Position numbers and translations under genes: made by a program. Source: an uncultured Gammaproteobacteria bacterium (GTDB taxonomy: Bacteria; Patescibacteriota; Microgenomatia; PFEM01; JAPLYW01). From it: a stretch of 64,000 nt of DNA. The notes beneath the pieces were generated by a model. The model was not told the origin of the DNA. It made no database searches and saw only the letters and a program-made list of their open reading frames with translations. Where the stretch lies: the NCBI GenBank assembly GCA_965230945.1, contig OZ246397.1, positions 4,692 to 68,691 of the forward strand. The letters run 5' to 3'. This document shows positions 37,321 to 45,634 of the stretch, one piece after another (position 1 is the stretch's first letter; the number at the start of each line of letters is the position of its first letter).

Positions 37321-37520
37321 AAAGGCGGTGGTAAATTTATCTAGAAAAGTATTTATTTTTTGGTCGATTCTTGGTTTAATTTCACCGTTTGAGAAAGAAA
37401 TACAAATTTAGCTTGTATTTTTCTTATTTTCTTATAAAAAATACCGATTCAGTATAAGTGCTCTGTTAAGGTTTCTTAATAAAAAACTTTAACGGAGTGC
37501 TTATTTTTTGCCTACTAGGA

Positions 37521-38126
37521 TTAGGATATTCCAAGTTTAGACATCACTATCGTAAAGTCGGAAGAATGATAATCGTTTTTTAATAAAACTTTTCCACTTA
37601 AGGTTTTACAGTAATTAAATATTTCTTCTGAATCTGCAAACCAAACATTGCTGTGTTGGACCGTTTTAGGTTTCGGATGTCTTCCTGCCATATTGAAGAC
37701 AAGACATTTCTTAGCATGCTGAAACATAGTTTTGATTGCTTTTTTCCGAAAACCTAAGTTATCATTATAGTTTCTATTAAGTGTTCCACAGCAAATAATA
37801 ATATCAAACTTTTCTTTCAGTGGTTGTTTAAAGTAATCACCAACTATAAATTTGTGTTTTGGATGTATTTTTTTTGCCTCCCTGATAAATTCAGGGACGA
37901 TATCTATTCCTGTATAATTGAAAACATCTGCTTTGTCTGTAATATATGGAATGATATCCCCAAATCCACAACCTACGTCGAGAATACTTTGTCTATAAAA
38001 ATTAATGTCCATGACGATTTGCTCATACCTCTGTCTTGCAGCTTTCTCCGAACACCACTTTAAAGCTCTTGGGCTAACCCCATATTTTTTATAACTATTC
38101 TGATAGCTTTTCTTTATTTTTTTCAT
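37521..38126 (-). CDS. class I SAM-dependent methyltransferase
   Basis: LDVGCGFGDI motif I. 201 aa. Confidence 0.65.
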   Translation of the reverse strand: MKKIKKSYQNSYKKYGVSPRALKWCSEKAARQRYEQIVMDINFYRQSILDVGCGFGDIIPYITDKADVFNYTGIDIVPEFIREAKKIHPKHKFIVGDYFKQPLKEKFDIIICCGTLNRNYNDNLGFRKKAIKTMFQHAKKCLVFNMAGRHPKPKTVQHSNVWFADSEEIFNYCKTLSGKVLLKNDYHSSDFTIVMSKLGIS

Positions 38127-38174
38127 CTTCAGTAATAGTATAATATATTTTTATTAATTATTAATAGTCCTGAC

Positions 38175-38870
38175 TAATCCTATAACTTGACTTCCCTACT
38201 CTGTTTGAATATAATTCGGGCTATCTGTTGTAGTTCTTTAATAATTGAATATAAATTTTTAAGTAATTTGAGAGAAAGGAAGAGGGATAGAATTGTGATA
38301 TTTCTTGTAGTTTTTTTGTTTTTAAATTAAATAGTAGGAGATAAGAAAGGATAGGTCAGGAAAAATGAGTAAAGAGAGAGAAAATTATTTTCGTGCATGG
38401 TTTGAGTAGGTAATGTTTATCTTGAGTTTAAAGATAATAGTAAAACGGGCCGTGCGAAAACACTACAACTACTGAGATTATTCGGAGGAAAATCAATATT
38501 AATTAGTGTTGATAGAAAAGAGAATGGACAGTGGCAAATAAATGTTTAAAGATTTAAGAAAGGGTAGGTGAAGGAATGCCGTTTGAGCAATTTCTTTCTA
38601 GTTGCGTTTTCGTGATCGTATTATTGATTATTGCTGGAGGTTGTTTTTTAGTCGGTTATCTTTTTCACTGTAGTCTTACAGATAACTGTAGTCTTACAGA
38701 TAAAAGAATGATAAACAAGAAAGGATAACGTGAGAGAAAGAAGCAAGAAAGATATAGAAAAGAGGACTGATGTCACACTTGTTGTTTAAGAAACAAAAAA
38801 CTTCCAATAGCTGGAAGACAATAAATTTCTTAACCTGACGACATCAGTCTCTTTTTTTGCCTATTTATCA
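38175..38870 (+). repeat. repeat element copy 2: promoter TTGACT-N17-TATAAT at 38187-38215, about 480-bp insertion, 3' hairpins and tandem U-tract terminators (38843-38885)
   Basis: 5' and 3' modules match copy 1. The 3' module is closed by ACTGATGTC...GACATCAGT and holds TTGTTTAAGAAACAA and CTTCCAATAGCTGGAAG hairpins. Confidence 0.7.
38576..38728 (+). CDS. candidate 50-aa hydrophobic peptide inside repeat copy 2 (MPFEQFLSSCVFVIVLLIIAGGCFLVGYLFHCSLTDNCSLTDKRMINKKG)
   Basis: Codons read by hand. SD-like AGGTGAAGGA before the ATG. Perfect 18-bp tandem duplication (38668-38703) encodes CSLTDN/CSLTDK. Confidence 0.3.
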   Translation: MPFEQFLSSCVFVIVLLIIAGGCFLVGYLFHCSLTDNCSLTDKRMINKKG

Positions 38871-38888
38871 GGCTTTTTTGAATCTAAG

Positions 38889-38961
38889 GGTGACTGACCG
38901 GATTCGAACCGGCAACATCCTACTCCACAGGTAGGCGCTCTACCATTGAGCTACAGCCACC
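38889..38961 (-). tRNA. tRNA-His (anticodon GTG) with genomically encoded G-1
   Basis: Acceptor GTGGCTG/CAGTCAC. Extra 5' G opposite discriminator C. Anticodon loop CTGTGGA. Confidence 0.85.
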
Positions 38962-38977
38962 ATATGTGCCCATTCTA

Positions 38978-41941
38978 TCAAAAAAAAGCTAAATAAACAA
39001 TTAAAAGCAGGATTAGGAAATAACCTAAATATTGAAGAATTTGAGGTAAAAAGATAAATATTATCTTACCTTCTGTATTTTGGTTATTTTCCCATCCATT
39101 TGCCCATCCTTTATATAAAAATGGTTTTCCTAAAGATTTAATTTTAAAATTATCTTTTATACTAAAAGCTCTCCAGTTTTTTTCAAAAGATTGATTATTA
39201 GTAATTATTTTTTCTTGAGAGAGTTTTTCTTCCTTAATAAATTGATATTCTAAAGGTGCTATTTTAATAGATTTTAATTTATTAATTGTTTTTAATGGAC
39301 CAATACCATAATTGCTTATATTGATATCATATCCTTGTCCTTCTTTGCCTATTTTAGGTATAAAAAACACATTTTGTCCATTATTTAAATCAGAATATAA
39401 GTCACAGTGTTTGGTATGATAATTAGTTAGACAGACTCTTAAAGGAAGTCCTGAGATATTTTCTGCTTCCATTATTAAGGTATAGCTTCTTTGATGAGAT
39501 AACTCAGGGAAACTAAAGGAGTCTCTTGTTTCTGCTTTTTGGGTACTATATTCTTTAGATATCTCTATATTATCAACAATCTCTGGAGCGAGTTTTTTTA
39601 AAGCTCTATAAGTGGTTGCCTTTATATCTTTTATCAAAGTTTCTTTTTCTTGATCTTGAGCATCTAAAAGAAAGCGTAATTCGTAATTTTCTATTTCTCT
39701 GTTTTTAGGGAATTGAAAAAGGTAGCTATTTTCTTCTTTTTTCCCTAAAAGACAATCATCACTCCCCCATTTTGCTAGACAAAAAGATAGTTTTTCTTCT
39801 TCATATAGAAATTCTATTTTTAGAAGAAAATTCGTAAAAGGTTTTGTTTTTAAGATGGCTTTTAGGGGTATTTTAGAACAGGCAATAGCGTTTTTTCCAA
39901 AGAGTATAAAACTATCTTTTTGAACTTCTTTAAGAGCGAAAATTTGTTTTTCTTGAGGCTGACTACAAAGACTTAACTGTGGATCAAGTCTTTCTATATC
40001 TAAGAAATATTCTCTTTTTATATTTAAATTAAAATCTTCTTTATTTATTTTTCCTATTTCTGAAGCTTTTTCTAATGCTTGTTTCTTAAGTTCTTCAGGT
40101 GGATTTTCAAAATCAATTAAGATAGGATAGTTTTGCTGATTTTCTTTAAAATTTACTTGATAAATTTTTAAATTCCCAAATTCTTTAGTTAATTTAATAT
40201 TTTCTGACAAAGATAAAAGTTTTTCTGTTTGATTAAAAAATAAGACTTTTTCGTCTTCTTTAGGAGCAATGATGTTTTTATCTAATAAAAGCCAATGAAT
40301 GTTATATTTTTGTAAAAGATTTTCTAAAAGTTCATTGTTCTGGCTATAAATAGCATATGATATTTCTTGATAAGCTTTTTCATTTTTTGGATTCCATCGA
40401 TCAAAATCTCTTACCAATAAAGATTGCTCAAGGCCAAACCAGCTAAAACCGGCTCCCTGAAAGCCCCATTTATAGTATTCCCAACCCCAAAAGGTGTGAA
40501 GTGGTAATTGGACGATTCTCCCCTTATCTTCTTGTTTATTAAGCCAGTCAGTCATTTCGAAATAAGATTGAGGAATTTTAATCCTTAAGCGAGGATTAAT
40601 AAGTTGCCCTTTAAGGGCAGGTAAAGTAAATAAAATAAGAATGATAGTAGTGATAATTGTTATTAAATAAATAATATACTTTTTCTTTAGAAAGAATTTC
40701 TTAAATCGATTAAAGATAAAACTTAATCCAAAAGCGAAAAAAACAGCATAGCTAAACATCAATATGATAGAAAACTTAGTGAAGGGAAATCTTAAAGCTT
40801 CTTTAAAAAGAGGTATTTTTTCTCTTAAAAATAAAAAAATTTGTTTAAAAGGAGTTGTAGCACTGATTAAAAAGACAAAAGCAATAAAGAATATTGGTAA
40901 TAAGGGGATAAGTTTTTTGTTTCTTTTGATTAAAGAACCAACAATTCCTAAAGTAATAATTAAAAAGCTTAAATAACCAATGGATAATATAAAAGGATTT
41001 CTTAGATGTTCAATCCAGCTTTTTAAAAGATAATCAAAGTTTTGAGTGTTGAAATTATATTGCGTCCAGCTAAATAAATGATTTTTCAAAAGAACAGTAT
41101 TTTTAATATTTCCATATTCGTAGTTATGCAAAAATGCTTCTTCTGAAAATAATCTATTTATTTTAGCTTGGATAATTTCCCCACTCTGGTGGGTAATAAA
41201 GTAAAGATTAGGTAAAAGCCAAAAAGAGTTAATTACTAATAGGATGATTATTAGAAGAAATATTCTTTTTAGATATAATAGGCGCTTTTTTTGTAAAAAA
41301 AGATAAGTTAGAAGGTAAATTAAAAAACAGCCGAAAAAGGTATACCATAAGGTAGCTGCATAAGCTTGAGGAGTACTTAAAAAAGAAATTAAAGCAAAAT
41401 AAATTAAAAGTCTTTTTTTGTTTTCTTTTAAAAATAAAGTAGAGATAAGAAAAAACCATCCTAAGGCTGCATACTGAGTGGCAAACATCTCAAAAGGAAC
41501 ATAAAAGTGCTGTATGGTTCCTAAATTAAGTAAATAAAATAATCCTCCTAAGAAAGCAAGATTCTTCTTAAATAAATAAGGTAATTTATTGAATACAATT
41601 TTTTCTAAGAAGAAATAAATTCCTAAAGGGCCTAAGACAAGGCAAATAAGAAAGTAAAAGTAACGCAGGAAATTTAAAGGAAATATAAAAGAGAACGGCC
41701 ATAAGAACAGAATTCTAGGTAAATCAGCCATATGAGAATGTCCGGCTACGGCTCCTAAACCCTGTTCATAACGCCAAACACCATTAAAAATTCTTTGTAT
41801 ATTTAAGGAAAAATTAAATTCTGGGTGAAGTGTATCCCAACCACTTAGCCAGGTATTCGGGTTGAAATTCAAAAAAAATAGTAATAAAGAAAAAGAAATT
41901 AATATTAAAGGAAAAAGATTTTTTTTAAAAAAGGAAAGCAT
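38978..41941 (-). CDS. large polytopic membrane protein, GT-C-fold glycosyltransferase-like (YfhO/ArnT-like) with about 500-aa extracytoplasmic domain and C-terminal TM
   Basis: 987 aa. More than 12 N-terminal TM helices with an Asp/Glu loop near TM1 (WDTLHPEF). Family assignment is by architecture only. Confidence 0.45.
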   Translation of the reverse strand: MLSFFKKNLFPLILISFSLLLFFLNFNPNTWLSGWDTLHPEFNFSLNIQRIFNGVWRYEQGLGAVAGHSHMADLPRILFLWPFSFIFPLNFLRYFYFLICLVLGPLGIYFFLEKIVFNKLPYLFKKNLAFLGGLFYLLNLGTIQHFYVPFEMFATQYAALGWFFLISTLFLKENKKRLLIYFALISFLSTPQAYAATLWYTFFGCFLIYLLTYLFLQKKRLLYLKRIFLLIIILLVINSFWLLPNLYFITHQSGEIIQAKINRLFSEEAFLHNYEYGNIKNTVLLKNHLFSWTQYNFNTQNFDYLLKSWIEHLRNPFILSIGYLSFLIITLGIVGSLIKRNKKLIPLLPIFFIAFVFLISATTPFKQIFLFLREKIPLFKEALRFPFTKFSIILMFSYAVFFAFGLSFIFNRFKKFFLKKKYIIYLITIITTIILILFTLPALKGQLINPRLRIKIPQSYFEMTDWLNKQEDKGRIVQLPLHTFWGWEYYKWGFQGAGFSWFGLEQSLLVRDFDRWNPKNEKAYQEISYAIYSQNNELLENLLQKYNIHWLLLDKNIIAPKEDEKVLFFNQTEKLLSLSENIKLTKEFGNLKIYQVNFKENQQNYPILIDFENPPEELKKQALEKASEIGKINKEDFNLNIKREYFLDIERLDPQLSLCSQPQEKQIFALKEVQKDSFILFGKNAIACSKIPLKAILKTKPFTNFLLKIEFLYEEEKLSFCLAKWGSDDCLLGKKEENSYLFQFPKNREIENYELRFLLDAQDQEKETLIKDIKATTYRALKKLAPEIVDNIEISKEYSTQKAETRDSFSFPELSHQRSYTLIMEAENISGLPLRVCLTNYHTKHCDLYSDLNNGQNVFFIPKIGKEGQGYDINISNYGIGPLKTINKLKSIKIAPLEYQFIKEEKLSQEKIITNNQSFEKNWRAFSIKDNFKIKSLGKPFLYKGWANGWENNQNTEGKIIFIFLPQILQYLGYFLILLLIVYLAFF

Positions 41942-42043
41942 TTGATTATATTTTATCAGAAAAAAAGAGAAGGAGGTGAAGATTGCTAGATAAAAGAATA
42001 TCTAATAAAGGTCTTCACCTCCTGTTTAGGCATATTTTTGCCT

Positions 42044-42964
42044 TTAGGAGTTTCTTATCCATTGTCCAGAATCGACTAAGCGGAAAGAACCATCATACCA
42101 TCTTAAAACAGCAACCCATGTAATTGTTTCGCATTGTTCAGCGCAACCACATTGGCCACGAAATTCAGGATTTGGTTCATCGCTTCCTAATTGATTAAGG
42201 TAGTGATTACGTAAAATAGCTAAAGTTTCTAGGGTATACTCTCCATATTCTGGATCAGTATAGTCTTCATTGTCAGCCATATCTGACATGTCCCAAACTT
42301 CACCTACTCCCCAAAAACCATGAAGTAAATAAGCGTTTAGAAATTCACCAGGGATTTCCCAAACATTTATTAAAGCTACTAAGATAGCTCCACCATCAGG
42401 GTCTTTAACACTACCAATTCCAGGTAACCAAGTTTCTTCCCCAGTAAAAACAAGCCATTTCCAGGTTGGAATTTGAACATTGGCTCGACGCGAAACATCT
42501 CTGAAAGCATCATTATAACCAAAGTTATATCCTGCTCTTGGTTTTCCCCAAACACTTTCTACATCAGGAAAGATGCGATAAGATGTTAGGTCTTGAGGAA
42601 TTTCTGGAAAATTGACTTCATCACTTATATCAATTAAATCAGGATCTGGACTAAAACCAGGTTCAATAACAGGAACTTCAAAAATAATCTTCTCTTGTTC
42701 ATTTGTTGAATTTTGATCTTCTATTTCTTTAGCCTTTTCAGTAGCTAAAGCAGAATTAGCAAAACCTTCATCGACACTAGTTTTTATTTTTCCTAAACCT
42801 TCTTCGGCTGTTTTTTCAAGATTATTGATAGATTCAATAATCTTTTCAATGTCTTCAGCCTCAATTGGTCTACAAGAATTAAAAACAACGAGGGAAAACA
42901 AAATTATTAAAAGAACAGCGAATGATTTTAGAAAAATATGTGTCTTTATTTTCATCTCCATCAC
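42044..42964 (-). CDS. secreted protein of unknown function with C-terminal Cys cluster (CGCAEQC)
   Basis: N-terminal signal/TM. 306 aa. No family recognised. Confidence 0.45.
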   Translation of the reverse strand: MMEMKIKTHIFLKSFAVLLIILFSLVVFNSCRPIEAEDIEKIIESINNLEKTAEEGLGKIKTSVDEGFANSALATEKAKEIEDQNSTNEQEKIIFEVPVIEPGFSPDPDLIDISDEVNFPEIPQDLTSYRIFPDVESVWGKPRAGYNFGYNDAFRDVSRRANVQIPTWKWLVFTGEETWLPGIGSVKDPDGGAILVALINVWEIPGEFLNAYLLHGFWGVGEVWDMSDMADNEDYTDPEYGEYTLETLAILRNHYLNQLGSDEPNPEFRGQCGCAEQCETITWVAVLRWYDGSFRLVDSGQWIRNS

Positions 42965-42990
42965 TTCCTTATTTAATCTTGATCAATTTT

Positions 42991-43104
42991 TTTATATTTG
43001 TTTGGTAAACCGTATGTAATCATCCAAAGAAGTAAAGATAACATCGGAAGAATCAAAAAAAAGATTACGGTTCCAATCCACCTCCCATCAAACTTTCGTT
43101 TCAT
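42991..43104 (-). CDS. candidate 37-aa protein with perfect Shine-Dalgarno (AGGAGG-N5-ATG)
   Basis: Hand translation gives MKRKFDGRVDWNRNLFFDSSDVIFTSLDDYIRFTKQI. Lies in the 200-bp gap between the sortase substrate and the secreted protein. Confidence 0.35.
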
Positions 43105-43165
43105 ATCAACCTCCTAAAGTTAAATATGCCTATTTTAAAGAGCAAATCTTAAATCCAAACGCTTT

Positions 43166-43876
43166 TTATTTAGATCTAAGATGTTCCTTTCGAAGTTTAA
43201 AGACTCCGAAAATTAAAGCAGAAATTAATAAAATAATAGTCCAAATAAGATTATTGCCTGTTTTAGGAATAGTGGTAATACCTAAAATCTTTTTACTAAT
43301 ACAAAGTTGAGAAGTATCTCCAGCGCTTTTATCGTCTTTTTTAGCTTCCCCACTGTTGGTAACACAGTAAATTCCGTCACCTTCAGGAAGATCATTTTCT
43401 GAAACAACTTTGGCTTTTATTTCGTAAGTTTTTGATTCTCCGGGATTAAGATGATCAATTTTCCAAGTAGCTGTTTTATCATCCCAACCATCAGGAGTAG
43501 AAGTAAAATATAAATAATCAGGTAAAAAGTCTTTAACTTCAATATCATTTAGATCTTCTTCACCTGTATTTTTAATGGTTAATTTAAAGATAACTTCTTG
43601 ATACGGGGTGTAAGTAGAATCATCAGCATAAAGATTATCGACATATTTATCTTCTTCAGGATGTCTGACGACTTTATCTAAAGAAATTTCTCCTTCATAG
43701 CAGATTTCTCCGCCGCCGTATTGTTCAACACAGCGACCAGCGACGACCTTAGGAAAGATTAAAAGCCCTAAGATGCTCCCGATGATTAAACCTTTAATTA
43801 ATAGATTGATTTTTTTCATACAAAAAACCTGCTTTAGCAAGGGCAGGCTATGATAGATGATAAAACTATATACCAT
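43166..43876 (-). CDS. cell-surface protein with DUF11-like beta-sandwich domain and C-terminal sortase sorting signal (IPKTG + TM + RKEHLRSK)
   Basis: Signal/TM at the N-terminus. TIPKTGNN followed by a hydrophobic helix and basic tail is the classic LPXTG-type tripartite signal. Confidence 0.7.
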   Translation of the reverse strand: MVYSFIIYHSLPLLKQVFCMKKINLLIKGLIIGSILGLLIFPKVVAGRCVEQYGGGEICYEGEISLDKVVRHPEEDKYVDNLYADDSTYTPYQEVIFKLTIKNTGEEDLNDIEVKDFLPDYLYFTSTPDGWDDKTATWKIDHLNPGESKTYEIKAKVVSENDLPEGDGIYCVTNSGEAKKDDKSAGDTSQLCISKKILGITTIPKTGNNLIWTIILLISALIFGVFKLRKEHLRSK

Positions 43877-43889
43877 ATAATTCTCCTTG

Positions 43890-44594
43890 TCAAGTTATAG
43901 GGTAGGTAATAACTAAAAGTCTTTTCCAGGCTGTTCCCGGAGGCCAGCAAGTTTGTAGAATAAGCTCCTTTTCTTTTAAATTAAGATTTTCTATTTCAGA
44001 TACATCATTAGGATTGATGATTTTTTGATTATCAACCTGATAAGAGTAGACCTTGCCCTTGTAGACCAAGACGACACGATCTCCTTTATCTAATTTTTTT
44101 AAAGAATAAAAAACGGGATTAAAGAAGTTAAGATTAAAAATAGAGTTGGTTGAATGACCAAAGACATAGATAGCTCCATCTTCATCAGGTAGACTAGAAC
44201 CTACAGCGTGAGCAGCTTTATCTTTTAAGACTTCATTGTATTCTTTCTCATTGGTGGCGTTGACGTTAGTTAAAACTTGGGTTCTAACCCCAATTTTGGG
44301 GATAATAAGCTCGAATTCGTAATCATTAGGAGATAGAACATATCTAAATTTACTTTCTATCTCGACACTGTTTTTATCTTTGTTTAATAGGTAATTCAAT
44401 TCTCCTACCATAAAAGGTAGAAAAACAAAAAATAGTCCTATTAATGGAAGAACAACAAAACTTAATTTTAGTTTATTAAAAGATTTTTTTTCAGGAGAAT
44501 AAAGATCAAAAGAACTTGCAGAATCCCCTGATTTATAAATAATTATTCCTTCATTCATAGTATAAAGTATGCCCTGTACAGTAGGACTTTTCAA
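43890..44594 (-). CDS. sortase-family transpeptidase
   Basis: N-terminal TM. Catalytic His (YVFGHS), TLxTC-type Cys motif (LILQTCWPP) and a downstream Arg. Confidence 0.7.
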   Translation of the reverse strand: MKSPTVQGILYTMNEGIIIYKSGDSASSFDLYSPEKKSFNKLKLSFVVLPLIGLFFVFLPFMVGELNYLLNKDKNSVEIESKFRYVLSPNDYEFELIIPKIGVRTQVLTNVNATNEKEYNEVLKDKAAHAVGSSLPDEDGAIYVFGHSTNSIFNLNFFNPVFYSLKKLDKGDRVVLVYKGKVYSYQVDNQKIINPNDVSEIENLNLKEKELILQTCWPPGTAWKRLLVITYPIT

Positions 44595-44616
44595 GTTTGG
44601 AGCAGGAGAAGCTTAG

Positions 44617-44690
44617 TACTCCCAGCAGGACTCGAACCTGCAACCTACTCCTTAGAAGGGAGTCGCTCTATCCGATTGAGCTATGGGAGC
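44617..44690 (-). tRNA. tRNA-Arg (anticodon TCT)
   Basis: Acceptor GCTCCCA. Anticodon loop CTTCTAA. T-arm GGTTCGAGTCC. Confidence 0.85.
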
Positions 44691-44696
44691 TTATTG

Positions 44697-44769
44697 AGCG
44701 GGGGACGAGATTCGAACTCGCGACCTTCTCCTTGGAAGGGAGACGCTCTACCAACTGGGCTACCCCCGC
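44697..44769 (-). tRNA. tRNA-Gly (anticodon TCC)
   Basis: Acceptor GCGGGGG. Anticodon loop CTTCCAA. T-loop TTCGAAT. Confidence 0.85.
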
Positions 44770-44794
44770 AAGTTAACTTAAAAGCCAAGTTTTG

Positions 44795-44869
44795 TCGGGG
44801 AGCCGGGACTCGAACCCGGGACCTCACGCTCCCAAAGCGCGCACTCTAAGCCAACTGAGCTACTCCCCG
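44795..44869 (-). tRNA. tRNA-Pro (anticodon TGG)
   Basis: C1-G72 acceptor typical of bacterial tRNA-Pro. Anticodon loop TTTGGGA. Confidence 0.8.
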
Positions 44870-44874
44870 TTTTG

Positions 44875-44960
44875 TGCCGAAGGCGGGATTCGAACCCGCA
44901 TGGTGGAATACCACCAAGAGATTTTAAGTCTCTCGCGTCTTCCAGTTCCGCCACCTCGGC
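44875..44960 (-). tRNA. tRNA-Leu (anticodon TAA)
   Basis: Long variable arm. Anticodon loop CTTAAAA. T-arm GGTTCGAATCC. Confidence 0.85.
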
Positions 44961-45085
44961 AGATGTAACTATTATATCAAAAAAAGCAATAAAAGAGGAG
45001 TGGGGAAAGAAAAATATGGAATTAAAAAAAACCACCAGATGGTCTAAAAATAAACTTAAGGGGAGGGAGAAGAAAATATAACCTT

Positions 45086-45364
45086 TCACTGCCTTTTAAA
45101 TAATTTTCTAAGGTCAGTTCTAGCTTGCTCAAGAATTTTTTTTCTTTCCATCCCGAGGTTTTTACCAGCTCGGTTGATATAAAAGTTAAGCATACTCATA
45201 GCAGATTGATAAGGAGTCCCCTTACGCCTTAAAGAATCCTCAGCCGAACGTTTAAGTGAAGCTGCAATCTTCTTCGAATTTTTCCAAGTAAATACCCCTT
45301 CTTCCAAATCAAGAGCAATGCTTTTTTTCGTTACCTCAGCCGACCAATATTTCTTTCCAGCCAT
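45086..45364 (-). CDS. DUF3175 family protein
   Basis: KKYWSAEVTKKSIALDLEEGVF...SLKRSAEDSLRRKGTPYQSAMSMLNFYINRAGKNL matches the DUF3175 pattern. Confidence 0.6.
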   Translation of the reverse strand: MAGKKYWSAEVTKKSIALDLEEGVFTWKNSKKIAASLKRSAEDSLRRKGTPYQSAMSMLNFYINRAGKNLGMERKKILEQARTDLRKLFKRQ

Positions 45365-45417
45365 ATATTTCTATTATACCTATTTTGACAACCAAGATGC
45401 GAGATTAGTCTTGTTTT

Positions 45418-45488
45418 GCTTGGGAGCCAGGATTCGAACCTGGATTAATGGGTCCAAGGCCCATTGTCCTACCATTAGACGACCCCCA
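45418..45488 (-). tRNA. tRNA-Gln (anticodon TTG)
   Basis: U1-A72 acceptor as in bacterial tRNA-Gln. 3-bp D-stem GTC/GAC. Anticodon loop CCTTGGA. Confidence 0.8.
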
Positions 45489-45557
45489 ATTATATTTTCT
45501 TAACCTATCTAAGAATCTTTTTATTTAGAAAGGAGCGTTGTTATTTTAGAATATGGG

Positions 45558-45628
45558 AGCGGGTAACGGGAATTGAACCCGTCTCTCATCCTTGGCAAGG
45601 ATGTGTAATACCGCTATACGATACCCGC
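45558..45628 (-). tRNA. tRNA-Gly (anticodon GCC)
   Basis: Acceptor GCGGGTA. Anticodon loop TTGCCAA. Discriminator U. Confidence 0.85.
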
Positions 45629-45634
45629 ATTGGG

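Noticed and set aside
38127-38888. Possibility that the 760-bp non-coding gap hides tmRNA, RNase P RNA, SRP RNA or 6S RNA
   Set aside because: No tRNA-like T-arm/acceptor (GGTTCGA...CCA) for tmRNA. No RNase P P4 motif (AGGAAAGUCCGGGCUCC-like). No SRP domain IV GGAAG/ tetraloop pattern. The space is instead explained by repeat copy 2.
44778-45089. ORF-track entries overlapping the first tRNA sub-array (and 44872..45081 +)
   Set aside because: Overlap tRNA-Pro and tRNA-Leu(TAA). No SD. Composition is tRNA-derived.
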